From contig OZ001293.3 of assembly GCA_963921275.4 (NCBI GenBank), positions 6,016,001 to 6,080,000 on the forward strand: a stretch of DNA of 64,000 nucleotides, written 5' to 3'. Source of the DNA: an uncultured Hormoscilla sp. (lineage in GTDB: Bacteria > Cyanobacteriota > Cyanobacteriia > Cyanobacteriales > Desertifilaceae). Positions 35,481 to 46,296 of the stretch are shown here, piece by piece (position 1 is the stretch's first letter; each line of letters starts with the position of its first letter). Position numbers and translations under genes: made by a program. The notes below the pieces were generated by a model. It saw nothing but the letters and a program-made list of their open reading frames with translations, was not told where the DNA came from and ran no database searches.

Positions 35481-36800
35481 TCAATTTGATATCAGATTAG
35501 CGATCGCATCTGCCTGCAAGCTTTTGAAAGTCCTGTCACCACTATCGATTATCCCATTAGCATCAATTCCCTTCCGACTCTGGTATGTTCTAATGGCCTC
35601 AATCAGCCTTTTCATTTCCGTTTGGTCTCCCCGTTCCACAGCAGCGGTATAATCTAGATAGGGAGCTCCAAGAGTTGACTTAATTGCCGTCACAATGTTA
35701 ATGTAGTTTTGTTGTACCCTGGCCTTCCTTAAATATGGGTCATTCTGCAACTCATAGATTATTCTCCCTAGGGCAGGTTTAGTTCTTTTCGCAAATTGAA
35801 ACAATTCCGTTGTCTTAATATCCCGCTTTAAGGACTCAGCCGTTTCCGACCCTGGTTCTATGTAACCAAGAGGCTGGCCGATTTTTCTCCTTTGATATAA
35901 AGATATGGCCTGTACCCATCTTTGTTTAGCCGCCTTCAACCTTTCGGGAACCCCGGCAAACTCGCGTTTTATTGCCCCTCCATACTGGAGGTCAAACTCA
36001 CTTCCCAGCAGGTCTCTGAGTCCCAAAATGATAATTTTTTCACTAAACTTCCGTTCCCCTTCATTTGCCGTCAGCAGTTCCTTCTCACTCAGGTCTGCTA
36101 CGATTTGCTGTAGGGCTTTCCTGGTGGTCTCGAATCTCCCCAATGGTTCTACATTTGAATCACTATTTGCCTGATTTGTCCCTGTCGGACGCGATATACT
36201 AAACAGCGAACTCCTTGATTTTCCTGTTAACCCGAAAGGATTTATGGGCAGGCTGACCAAGAAACCACTCACTGCTGCCAATATTACTGCTATAATGATT
36301 CTCATCGCATTCCGGGCTTCTGGATCGATCAGCCATTCTATTAACCATGATATCAATCCATAGGCGATAATTACTATTATTGGATCGGCATTGCGCAGGA
36401 AAAACAGGAAGCTAACCAACAGCGCTATTCTCGCCAACCAACCGGGCTTTCCGGACATGAAAAAGAGAACTTTTTCACTCCAGGTTGGCTCTCGCTTTAC
36501 CTTCAGACCACAATACATGGCATCCAATTGCTTACCAAAGCTGCGATTAAATACCTTTTGCGGTACTTGACCATAACTCACTTGGTGAAAATATGCTGCT
36601 ATCTCATAGGCATCTAATATTTCTTGTTGTGAGTCTTCCGTCTTTCCCGACCAGGCGGCATCACCCAACCTCGTAAACAAATCTGCTAATGGTTCATAGG
36701 TGGTCTCCTTGCTTAAATTGTCTCTCCAGTAGCTTTGGAGATTTCTCCACATGTATTCTCCACATTCAAAATCGTTTTCGTTCTCGTTTACTTGCACCAT
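35481..36800 (-). CDS. Membrane protein with C-terminal peptidoglycan-binding-like repeats; probably the 3' half of the 36808..38046 gene
   Basis: About three TM segments; AIRTYQSRKGIDANGII; upstream frame LTRDK-MVQ suggests a frameshift join. Confidence 0.55.
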   Translation of the reverse strand: MVQVNENENDFECGEYMWRNLQSYWRDNLSKETTYEPLADLFTRLGDAAWSGKTEDSQQEILDAYEIAAYFHQVSYGQVPQKVFNRSFGKQLDAMYCGLKVKREPTWSEKVLFFMSGKPGWLARIALLVSFLFFLRNADPIIVIIAYGLISWLIEWLIDPEARNAMRIIIAVILAAVSGFLVSLPINPFGLTGKSRSSLFSISRPTGTNQANSDSNVEPLGRFETTRKALQQIVADLSEKELLTANEGERKFSEKIIILGLRDLLGSEFDLQYGGAIKREFAGVPERLKAAKQRWVQAISLYQRRKIGQPLGYIEPGSETAESLKRDIKTTELFQFAKRTKPALGRIIYELQNDPYLRKARVQQNYINIVTAIKSTLGAPYLDYTAAVERGDQTEMKRLIEAIRTYQSRKGIDANGIIDSGDRTFKSLQADAIANLISN

Positions 36801-36807
36801 TTTATCT

Positions 36808-38046
36808 CTAGTTAAATGAACTACTAATTAGGCTTAAGTCACTTCTGACATTTTCATATATATTCTCTCTAAATTTGGCCCAAACTCCTTCTTTTGTTGT
36901 TAATAACCAAAACACATTCTCTACTGGGATCTGCCGATATATCATTTGCTCTAGGGCGATTTTTATCCCCTCCCCTAGTAATGGTTCTAGTCTCCGATAT
37001 TCATGAATTCGCAGTTGAAATTGAAACTTGGCTGATGCTATTTGCTGAGGTGTTTCTTGGTTTTTCTCGTCCTCTGGCTGCAACCACTTCAGAAACTCTG
37101 GTAATGTCTCTGGTAGGGCGATCGCCCTGAGAGTTAGCAGTCTAGCATCGTTAGCATGAGGTATTCCCATGAAAGCCTTTGTCGCACCCAGCCGGTTAAA
37201 TATTTCTGACCATTGGACTTTAGTTACTGCCTGATTTTGTAAGGCAGTAGCTATATTTTCCACTCGATCTTTCCTGACCTGGGCATTATTTACCAATGCC
37301 TCGATCTCTGATTCTATCGCCAGGATTTCCGAGTCTGGTGCTGGTAGTTTGCTGTCATCGCTGACTATATTTTCCCTGATTTCTGCCAGCTGCTGATATG
37401 CGCCTTCATTCGCTGTCTGAATAATGATAAAAGTTTCTGGTCTGCACAGGCCCACTACATTATCTGCCCAGGATACTGGTTGGCGGCGACTGGCCTTCAG
37501 TTCGGCCATTCTGTTAATCATTTGGGGAGTAACGTTTTGGGAAGGTTCTACCAGCAGAGGGGCCGTGGATTCACTCAACCAATTTTGCCAATTACGATCT
37601 AAGTTTACCTTGGGTTTTCTACTCACCATATGCACTTCTTGCTGTCCTGGTCCTTTCGTTTCCCTGGGATTGAAAACCGGTAGTCGCCCTCGGACTTTCT
37701 GATAATGCTCCATCCAATCCAGTATCATCCAGAGGCGATCGGCCCCTTCCGAGAGGAAGTAGCGATAGGCGGGGAATTCCCTACCCCCTTGGTCCCGACC
37801 GCGAGTTACTATAGCGATTACCGACCAATCCGACTCGCCAGGCTTATTGCTCAACACCACGCGCCCGATCGCCGTTGGTTCGTAACTCTGAGCAGCCTCC
37901 GATACCTGGAATAACTGGTCCTGGATTGCTCTTGTCACCGGTTTTGGCAGTTCGCGCAGGGTTGAGTTTCCGTGATCTCCTATCTGGAAACCCTTGGTTT
38001 CACCCTCTATGTGGGTGCTAAATTCGTGTATTTCGATGGTCTCCAT
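36808..38046 (-). CDS. Hypothetical protein with a GAP1-N-like N-terminus (tentative)
   Basis: 412-aa ORF with GGAGG RBS; G.D..GR motif (GRDQGGREFPAYRYF); lies downstream of a GTPase-like gene. Confidence 0.5.
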   Translation of the reverse strand: METIEIHEFSTHIEGETKGFQIGDHGNSTLRELPKPVTRAIQDQLFQVSEAAQSYEPTAIGRVVLSNKPGESDWSVIAIVTRGRDQGGREFPAYRYFLSEGADRLWMILDWMEHYQKVRGRLPVFNPRETKGPGQQEVHMVSRKPKVNLDRNWQNWLSESTAPLLVEPSQNVTPQMINRMAELKASRRQPVSWADNVVGLCRPETFIIIQTANEGAYQQLAEIRENIVSDDSKLPAPDSEILAIESEIEALVNNAQVRKDRVENIATALQNQAVTKVQWSEIFNRLGATKAFMGIPHANDARLLTLRAIALPETLPEFLKWLQPEDEKNQETPQQIASAKFQFQLRIHEYRRLEPLLGEGIKIALEQMIYRQIPVENVFWLLTTKEGVWAKFRENIYENVRSDLSLISSSFN

Positions 38047-38410
38047 CTGCTGATCCTCCCTTTGTCGCCAGCGCTAAGGCCCTACTTCGCCAGTTCTTTG
38101 CCTCGGCTTGTCAGCTTATTATATCATTGACTGGGATTTTTGAGAGGCGATCGCCTATTTGCTCAACCGGCGACCACAAACCCTCACCCCCACAGGCCCT
38201 CACCCTAAAGGGTGGGGCTACAAGAACAAAGCCCGCCTGCGCGGGCTTGATGATATTTTGGGGATGGGACCGCTAAAATGGCCCTGGGAGTTGCTGGAGG
38301 ATGGCGCGATCGGGGGGCTGCCTACACCGGTACACTGTGTGACACTGCCAGTCTGGGCCCTGATTGTTGCGATTATAGGGGCGAGATGGAGGGGTTCAGA
38401 TGTTCTGCGC

Positions 38411-39150
38411 CTATAATCTTTCTGATTTCAGTTTTGCTTTTACAGCACTTTTCAAGTCGTTGTATGTAATTCCGTCCGCATCTATGATGCCATCAGCTTT
38501 CCAATATTCTCTTTGGTATACTTTTGTCTTCTGGTATGCGTTGATAGCATCAATCATTATTTTAATTTGCTTTTTATTTCCATTTTTAACAGCCTGTGTA
38601 TAATCCAACTCCATAATTACAAGACATTCCTTGATTGCCTTTATAATCGTTTTTCGTAGCAGATAACCTTCCCTTAATCATTGTCATTTTGCAACTCCCA
38701 TATCATTCTATCGAGCGCTGGTTTCGTTCTTTCGGCAAAGGTAAATAGCTGTGTTCCCTTTATGTCTTCTTTTAACGCTTTAGCCGTCTCCTCTCCAATA
38801 ACTATGGTTCCATCTCCATTATTAAATTTAAGCTTTTCCTCCTGATACAAAGATATCGCATTCACCCATTTATGTTTAGCCTCCCGCAATTTATTAGGTT
38901 CGCTAGCAAACTCATCTTTAATTGCGCCTCCATACTGAAGGTTAAACTTCTCCTCCCGATCTAGAACTTCTCTAAGTCCTAGAATTACAATTTTTTCACT
39001 AAACTTTCTTCCCGCCGCATTTGAGGTTTGTCGCTGTAGTTCAGCCTGAAGCTCGGCAACAATTGCCTTAAGCGCTCGACTGGTTGTATTGAATCTCTCA
39101 AGTAGTTCAGTCTCCGAGTCGCCTTCTGTAGCAGTCTCCTGTGAATCTGT
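38411..39150 (-). pseudogene. Fragmented paralog of the 35481..36800 C-terminus
   Basis: KFSEKI.ILGLR, LQYGGAIK.EFA, WV.AISLYQ, RTKPAL.R.I.ELQND and DGIID are shared. Confidence 0.75.
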
Positions 39151-39154
39151 CCGA

Positions 39155-40608
39155 CTATTTGATGGATATTTTTCCTTTATTCAAGCATATCACAATATGC
39201 CGAGCTTTAGGACAATCTTCACGAAAAAACTTTACCCATCTGTAAAACCGGTTACACCACTGCTGTTGTGTAGGTATTTTCTGTTCATCTAAATTGACAT
39301 GCTCTCTCAAAATTTCCCGATAAGGGGGAAGGATCAGAAGAATTCCCTCACTTTTGCGGGCCGTCTCCAAGAAGCTATTCCATTCATCAGGGTTATCGTA
39401 CTGCCAGGGCGGAACATTTCCCCCGGAGAATCTATCCAGTCTACAGGAATCTGGCTTTTACCAGTAGGTAGTTTTACTTGAACATTTAGGTGATTCTTTT
39501 CAATTTTCTCAGTTGGTTTAGCTGTACCATCTTTATTCAGGCAGAACTCCCTAAGATACTTGTAACTGTACTCGTAACTATTATTATTTAGCGAAACATT
39601 GACAAATTTGCCATTCGGGTTGGCCAACTCGACCACGAGGTGAGTTTTGCCAACAAAGCGATCGCCTATATAGGTCGGGGTCGAACTGGTACTCACGTAC
39701 CAACCCTCCAAGAGCGAAACCTGAAGAGCGACTGGAACCGCACACGGCTACTGGTTTGATAAGCCCTTGTCATGGGCAGGTAACTTTTGGATTACTCCCA
39801 TTGTCCCTTGTCCTATGAAATTTTGCCCCTTATGGTCAGTCGTGGAGCCGTTAGCTACCTAACTCCGGAAGGTTTGCGGGGGTGAACCAGTAAACCACTA
39901 AATCCGCTCTTTACTTACATGTCCCTTATATTTGGGGCTCTGAATTTTTACCCGGTTAGGATTTAATCCACCATTACTCCCTAGGATTGCTCCTGGTTTA
40001 GTACATTTAAGGGCTACTATCTCCCAGAACTTCTTACCATATCCGTCCTACGTCTGCATATCCTAGGCATTACCCCAGGCTTTGGCTTCTTAGGACATCC
40101 CTCCCACGTGGGCTTGCGCTTGACATCTAACTTGTCCGTCAGTAGGACAGCACCACGGGGGTTACTTCGTTCCCTGGTATCATTTCACGAGGCTTTTAGG
40201 TCTCACCTCTACACTGGCAGTCGTTTCGGGTACGATATCAGTGATTGATTAGCACTGATACGCGGACTACATGCACATTTTGTGCCAAGCGTGTCAGCCT
40301 CTTTTCGCTTGTTCGTGGTGACGATGCTTACAGGGATTTGCTTGTTCTAACCATGAACCTCTTTCCTATCGCGCAGCGTGGCGCAGCCATGCGGCGTCGG
40401 TCCCTGGGCTGAGACCTTATCCTTCATTTAAGTCCTTGCTCCACACCACGGCGATGTGGCTCCGCAGCACTAAGGACCGGTGTCACCCCCGCACCTGGGG
40501 AAGGGGAATTTAACCCCCATGATGACCAGAGTTATCTGGCTAATGGAACCAGACCCGACTTTCACCATTACTGGTTTACGCCGGAACGAATCGCACAACC
40601 ACTCCCAC
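39155..40608 (-). pseudogene. P-loop GTPase-like protein split by a group II intron, frameshifted and truncated
   Basis: GTG 40608: MGVV|YIGDRFVGKTH (G1-like), WIDSPGE (G3-like); second frame SEGILLILPPYRE. Confidence 0.72.
39673..40596 (-). mobile_element. ORF-less group II intron, variant D, with a degenerate domain V
   Basis: GTGCGATTCGTTCCGG...TAGCCGTGTGCGGTTCCAGTCGC...TTCGACCCCGACC; removal restores GTG GTT|TAT ATA GGC. Confidence 0.88.
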
Positions 40609-41520
40609 GTCAAACCCCCCTGTATCTGGTACCAACCGGACATGAGGGTCTAGGCATCTGGCGGACAGTTGCTAGATAGTATAGCATAGCCCAATTATTT
40701 TTCCCAGCCCCAGGATATCAACATTCTACATCATATATTCTATAGCGGCAGATCTATTTTATGCAATCCCCTGGGCCCTACTGGCAAAATCCCCCTCAAC
40801 CAAATCCTGGACCGGTCCCGTCACCCGACTTCCTGCCACTCCCCCACTCTCAAGTGCGATCGCCTCTCTATCTTACCACTCCCAGTTCCTGCCCCGATCC
40901 TACTGCCAGTCCTTGCGCCACTTAAGTAGTCAGCCCTCATCGCCACCATCCAATCATATCTAAATCTGTGGCCATTTCTGGTATTATTCCCCTAACCCCA
41001 GAACTCCTTCTTCTTCTCCCGCCCCAGGGCGATCGTCCTTCATCCCCTCTTCACAAAAGTTTACCATTCAGTATAATAACTATGTTGCAGTGCCACTTTT
41101 TGTGGTCTAATAATGCTTCATCCTCCAAACGGGCAAACGCTTTAGCGTTTACTACAAACGGGCCCGATCGGCTGAGATTGCGATCGTTTTCTAGTCAGGA
41201 ATCAAATCACTCATCGCCAAGATTATCTACCATGATACCATGAAAAAGCAACAGTCATTCTTAAATCTACAATATCTAGATATAATAGGCAAAAAACTCA
41301 GAGCATATATCTATTAAAATACTGTAATTTTGAGACGAATTGTGGGAAAATAATATCCCAGAAAACTATGAGATACATGAGTTGAAGAACCTAGTACAAA
41401 GGAGGTAAATAATATGATGTTGCAGATAGCAGAACGGCTAAGTTATCGGCGCATGGTCGAGGGTATCGTTAAGTCTCTATTGAGGAAAAGGAAAAAAATA
41501 AGCATCTAGGCGAGAAAACC

Positions 41521-41943
41521 ATGAAAAAAATTCAGATGCAAACAGAAACCGATTTGAAAGCATTAGAAATGGTTTTGCAATGGTACGATCAGCTACAGAC
41601 TCTACCAATTCCCAAAGGAGTTTGGATGGAGTGCCAACTGGCCCTAGCGGAAGGTTTTACTAACGCAGTTCGCCATGTGCACAAATATCTGCCATCGTCA
41701 ACTATGATTGAACTGGAAGTCAAGGTGTTCGGCGATCGTTTAAAGATGAAAATTTGGGATTGCGGAAAGTTATTTGACTTCCAGGCCCAATTGCGGAAAT
41801 CTCTGGCAGAAACAGAGGAGTCCCAAGCAGAAAAGGAAGGAGGAAAAGGTGTGTTCTTATTGCAGCGGATAGCAGATAAACTCAGTTATAAACGCACAGA
41901 TGATGGACGCAATTATCTGGAGATCGTCAAGCATTTTTCATGA
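41521..41943 (+). CDS. Anti-sigma regulatory factor (RsbW-like HATPase)
   Basis: LALAEGFTNAVRH, IWDCG..FD, EGGKGV. Confidence 0.85.
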   Translation: MKKIQMQTETDLKALEMVLQWYDQLQTLPIPKGVWMECQLALAEGFTNAVRHVHKYLPSSTMIELEVKVFGDRLKMKIWDCGKLFDFQAQLRKSLAETEESQAEKEGGKGVFLLQRIADKLSYKRTDDGRNYLEIVKHFS

Positions 41944-42106
41944 GTTTGATATTTCTATAGGTTGGGTTTCCCCACGTTACCCAACCCCGAGGATGTTGTA
42001 CATGCTGTCGGTTGGGTTTCGTGCCTCAACCGACGATAAATGCGATCGTAATTCCTTTGGCAACAGATCGACCGTGCTTTTAACAGTAATTTGAGTTGTT
42101 CTGGCG

Positions 42107-42451
42107 TCATAGTGTGATTCCTTCTTTATGGATGTTTCTTAATAAAGAACTGTGGCTATTAAGAACCTGATATTCATCGATAAAAAAGCAGCTAATTACT
42201 TCATTATTTTGCAAATATAAATCTGCTACAAGGTCTAGACTTCTGTCAATCTCTTCACAGGGTTGTACTGGTCCGGAGAGGACAACCAGAACATTAATGT
42301 CAGATCCAAACTCGGCATCACCCCGCGCTTGAGAACCGTAGAGAACCATTTGCATCAGGCGATATGCGTATAGTTCCCGAAAGCGATGCTTTAATTCGGC
42401 GAGAATGGCCATAATTTGGGGATTGATAGTGGGTTGCAGGGCGATCGGCAT
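42107..42451 (-). CDS. Minimal nucleotidyltransferase, orphan
   Basis: LYGSQARGDA..GSDINVLVV (DxD changed to DxN). Confidence 0.75.
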   Translation of the reverse strand: MPIALQPTINPQIMAILAELKHRFRELYAYRLMQMVLYGSQARGDAEFGSDINVLVVLSGPVQPCEEIDRSLDLVADLYLQNNEVISCFFIDEYQVLNSHSSLLRNIHKEGITL

Positions 42452-42582
42452 AGCTCAAACCTAATACTCAATCTCTAGTATAGCTCGTTATTTGATGCTT
42501 GCGATCAGCAAACGCTAAAGCGTTTACTACGAACCTGCTATACTGGAAAGCAATTGATTAACCACAACCACCAGGAGACCAC

Positions 42583-42735
42583 ATGATTGCTCGGACTATC
42601 GAAAAAACCCAAGAAAGCTCAAGCATTGCCAAAGCAGTGATGGCGAAGCTACAGGAGTTACCCTTAGAGCAGCAGCAGGAAGTTTTAAACTTTGTGGAGT
42701 CTTTAGCACAAAAATTAGCTCCGCACGAGATCAAC
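42583..42735 (+). pseudogene. DUF2281-like antitoxin fragment
   Basis: KLQELPLEQQQEVLNFVESL, then runs into the opposing gene. Confidence 0.5.
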
Positions 42736-43099
42736 TTCCCCCCAGGGTCAACATACCTGAGTTCATATCGACTACCAAATTCCGAGTTTTCAGCCACTTA
42801 CGACCTAAAAGACATTCCTTAACTTCTATCCCTGTATAAACAGGAATATCAAATTCTTCTCCATCTATCCGCACTTTGCCAGCATACATGTCAAAGTCTG
42901 CTTCTCCTTGTGCTAGTCTCAGCCTGCGATCGCGCAAATATATCCAACCAAATCCCTCTAAATCCTGAGAATTAATCGCTAGCCAGCCAGAAAAGCCTGT
43001 ATCCAGCATGGCATCTACTGCTAATTCTAAGCCATCAGCATCTATCAACTCAATTTCAAAGAATAATTCATCATCACTCCCAAACTTTCCTTGAATCAT
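42731..43099 (-). CDS. Clan AA aspartyl protease-like protein
   Basis: AMLDTGFSG and LLGR motifs. Confidence 0.8.
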   Translation of the reverse strand: MIQGKFGSDDELFFEIELIDADGLELAVDAMLDTGFSGWLAINSQDLEGFGWIYLRDRRLRLAQGEADFDMYAGKVRIDGEEFDIPVYTGIEVKECLLGRKWLKTRNLVVDMNSGMLTLGGS

Positions 43100-43410
43100 A
43101 TTTTACCAGATACACCTGTTTCATTAATCACGAACATGACAATCTTAGCTGACTGGTGCTTCTGACGCGCCATTTGCGTAGCGATTTCTTCATCCTGATG
43201 AAGAAAATAATCCCCACTCTCAGGCTCGATCGCCATAAACCAATTATAGTGAGTTTCGAGCAACTCGGGCTTGAGGCGATCGAAAACCATCTGGCAGCGC
43301 TGACGACGTGCTGCTCTTTCGGCTTGCCACTGCGCTAATTGAGCTTCTGACCACTGGATTTCTGGGAATATTCTGCCCCGTCGCACTTTGCGAGTCTCAA
43401 TCTGATTCAT
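43096..43410 (-). CDS. Conserved hypothetical protein translationally coupled to the aspartyl protease
   Basis: RRGRIFPE, HYNWFMAIEPESGDYF, INETGVSGKI; ATGA overlap. Confidence 0.7.
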   Translation of the reverse strand: MNQIETRKVRRGRIFPEIQWSEAQLAQWQAERAARRQRCQMVFDRLKPELLETHYNWFMAIEPESGDYFLHQDEEIATQMARQKHQSAKIVMFVINETGVSGKI

Positions 43411-43489
43411 TTTCAGTTCTCCCTTTTGTGAACTATCTGTCTTTTTATCCCATTCGGGTTCTCTCAATTAACAAATGCTCAATTCTCAA

Positions 43490-44278
43490 TTAAGCCCCCA
43501 TTCCGGAATAATGCTTCAACCCTCGCCGCCATAGCCAGCGATTTAAGGCATAGAAGATCATTCCCCAGCCCAGCATCGTCATTAACCCGCGGGGCACATT
43601 CACTGGCAAACCGACCAAAATTGCGGCTGGGAAATGCAAGAAATAGGGGAACTGCGTCCAAAGCGCTATCTCCCGCACCACTGGGGGAAACACCTCCAGG
43701 GGCGCGATATAACCAGAGAGAAACAGATACAACAAAAACCACAGTTGCTCGATCGCACTTGCCCTCTCCGTCCAAAAGGCCAACAGCGCCGCAGTATATT
43801 GGATCGAAAACCGGACTATAAAAGCCAGGACAATTACCAGGACAAACAGCAGCAGATTCCCTAAAGTTGGCAGCCAAAACCCTTGGGGATAAAGGGCAAA
43901 AAATAAACCCAGCACCACCAGCAAAAACGGCGATCGCGCCACCCGTTCTGACAAGTGCTGCGCCAGGTGACGCCAAACCGGGTCAATTGGCTGTAGCAGT
44001 TGGGGAGATAACTTACCCTGCACCACTTGTTCCTCAAACTCCCAGATCACCCAGACGATCGTCAATTGCCGCACGGTAAAAACTGCGATAAAGTAACGGG
44101 CAAAATCAACTGGAGCTAACCCAAAGCGTCCCGAACCAGCCGCTTCCATCCAGATGCCCATCATAATTAACGACATGCTGCCAGATAAAGTCCAGAACAA
44201 TAGTTCCGCCCGATATTCCAGCATCATAGCATAGTAAGTCACTAGCAACACCCTGGCTTTTCTGAGCATCTGGTTCAT
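43490..44278 (-). CDS. ABC-2 type permease
   Basis: EYRAE, G.LSPQLLQP, multiple TM segments, Y.GMGA end. Confidence 0.88.
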   Translation of the reverse strand: MNQMLRKARVLLVTYYAMMLEYRAELLFWTLSGSMSLIMMGIWMEAAGSGRFGLAPVDFARYFIAVFTVRQLTIVWVIWEFEEQVVQGKLSPQLLQPIDPVWRHLAQHLSERVARSPFLLVVLGLFFALYPQGFWLPTLGNLLLFVLVIVLAFIVRFSIQYTAALLAFWTERASAIEQLWFLLYLFLSGYIAPLEVFPPVVREIALWTQFPYFLHFPAAILVGLPVNVPRGLMTMLGWGMIFYALNRWLWRRGLKHYSGMGA

Positions 44279-45258
44279 GAGACAACTCCCGTCTGAAATA
44301 CTTGCCCCACCACCTGTTCGATCGGGGGGTCAGTCACAGTCAAATCCGCTACATCCAACTCCGTCAGCAATCGCGTCACAGTCTTAGTCAGTTGTTCCCT
44401 GCGCACCAGGAAGCGCACCATCTGACCTATCACTGCTTCAATCTCACCATAGTTAGATAACACCTCTTGAGGATACTCCTGGGCGAAATCTACCTTCACC
44501 TCCCGATAGGGAGCAAAGCGCTGCAACAGTCCTTCTAGAGAGCCATCATAGACTAGCTGACCCGTATGCATCAGCAGTACCCGCCGACAGAGGGCCGTGA
44601 TATCTGCCATGTAATGACTTGTTAAGAGTACAGTCGCCTGATAGCGCTGATTGTACTCCCGCAAGAAGTCTCGCACGCTCACCTGAGCATTAACATCCAG
44701 TCCGAGGGTAGGCTCATCCAAAAATAGTACCTGGGGACGGTGCAGCAGCGCCGCCAATAATTCCGCTTTCATCCGTTCCCCCAGAGAAAGTTTCCGCACG
44801 GGTTGGGTTAACTTTCCCTCTAGTGTTAACATTTCTGTCAGTTCCCCGACCCGTAAGCGAAACTCTCTTTCTGGGATATTGTAAACAGCCCCATTAATCC
44901 TCAGAGAATCCATTGCTGGCAAATCCCAGAGTAACTGCTGTTTTTGCCCCATCACCAAAGTAATTTTCCGCAAAAAAGCAGCCTGACGCCGAAAGGGGAC
45001 GTAACTAGCAACTCTCACCTGACCGCCGGAGGGATGAATCAGACCCGCCAGCATTTTCAGCGTCGTGGTCTTACCCGCGCCATTAGCACCCAAAAATCCT
45101 ACTACCTCACCCGCTGTGATCTGGAAGGAGACATTCTGAACAGCTTTCACATCTCGGTAGGTGCGTTGCAGGAAGTGGCGCAATGTCCCCTGCAGTCCTG
45201 GTTCTTTGACCGCTACTGGATAGACTTTGCTCAAATCCTGGACTACAATGCTCTGCAT
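44275..45258 (-). CDS. ABC transporter ATP-binding protein
   Basis: GANGAGKTT, LSLGERMK, LFLDEPT, TSH. Confidence 0.93.
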   Translation of the reverse strand: MQSIVVQDLSKVYPVAVKEPGLQGTLRHFLQRTYRDVKAVQNVSFQITAGEVVGFLGANGAGKTTTLKMLAGLIHPSGGQVRVASYVPFRRQAAFLRKITLVMGQKQQLLWDLPAMDSLRINGAVYNIPEREFRLRVGELTEMLTLEGKLTQPVRKLSLGERMKAELLAALLHRPQVLFLDEPTLGLDVNAQVSVRDFLREYNQRYQATVLLTSHYMADITALCRRVLLMHTGQLVYDGSLEGLLQRFAPYREVKVDFAQEYPQEVLSNYGEIEAVIGQMVRFLVRREQLTKTVTRLLTELDVADLTVTDPPIEQVVGQVFQTGVVS

Positions 45259-45355
45259 CAGCTTTACCTGTTACGATCCTGATGCCATCCTATACCAATC
45301 TGGGATTGTGGTTAGGGGTTTTTGCCATGCATCCCGAACGCATCGAAACAAGGTT

Positions 45356-46195
45356 CTACTTGGAAGCTAGTTTTACCTTACCTGCTAATCCCACTGCTTG
45401 TAGCAGCTGAATTGTCATCCAAGTCAGGTCAATTTCCCACCATTTCAGACCGTGGCGAGCCGAATATTGAAAGGCATGATGGTTGTTATGCCAACCTTCA
45501 CCATAGGTGACCAGGGCCACCCACCAGCAGTTGGTAGAGCGATCGTCCGAGTCATAGGTACGATAGCCAAACATATGGGTAGCACTGTTAACGAACCAGG
45601 TGCAGTGAAACACGACAACTAGGCGGACAAAAATTCCCCAAACGACAAAAGGCCAACCTCCCAGCAAGTATAGCAATACTCCCAAAGCTATTTGGATAGG
45701 GAAAAAGTAGTTTTGCAAAAACTGATAAACCGGGTCATCTACAATATCTTGGGTGTAGCGATAGATTTCCCGATCTTCGGGGATATGATATAGCATCCAT
45801 CCCATGTGGCTCCACCAAAAGCCACGAGATGAGTCATGGGGGTCCCCCAAAGCATCCGAGTACTTATGATGCTGGCGGTGCAGACCGACCCAATCAATCA
45901 CTCCCCCTTCGCAGGTGAGGGAACCGCAGAAAATGAGAAAATACTCCAGCCATTTAGGAGTCTGGAAACTGCGGTGGGTGACCAGGCGATGGAATCCTAG
46001 TGTAATTCCCAATCCACCAGTTATCCAGTGTAAGAGGACTGCCAGACCCACTGCGGTCCAAGTAAAGTTACTGGGCAGCAATGCAAATAATGCCCCAATA
46101 TGGACTGCTATCATAAATACGATCACGGGCCATTTCCGGCGTAGTGGCGTTGCAGGCAACGTCTCGTCGATTTGTTTTGAAGATGTGATTGTCAT
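45356..46195 (-). CDS. desC: Delta-9 acyl-lipid desaturase
   Basis: His boxes HRLVTH, HRQHH, HNNHH. Confidence 0.92.
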   Translation of the reverse strand: MTITSSKQIDETLPATPLRRKWPVIVFMIAVHIGALFALLPSNFTWTAVGLAVLLHWITGGLGITLGFHRLVTHRSFQTPKWLEYFLIFCGSLTCEGGVIDWVGLHRQHHKYSDALGDPHDSSRGFWWSHMGWMLYHIPEDREIYRYTQDIVDDPVYQFLQNYFFPIQIALGVLLYLLGGWPFVVWGIFVRLVVVFHCTWFVNSATHMFGYRTYDSDDRSTNCWWVALVTYGEGWHNNHHAFQYSARHGLKWWEIDLTWMTIQLLQAVGLAGKVKLASK

Positions 46196-46296
46196 GAAAA
46201 TTTATTTTACCTCATATTCAATCTAACGGATAATTAACTCCGCGCACAAGATCTGGCGAAGCTCCTTCCTGCCCACAGGCGACCCATGAGGTTTAA

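Noticed and set aside
41380..41500. Small ORF upstream of the anti-sigma factor gene
   Set aside because: Looks like a degenerate duplicate of the RsbW-like C-terminus (IA.RLSY.R), not an independent gene
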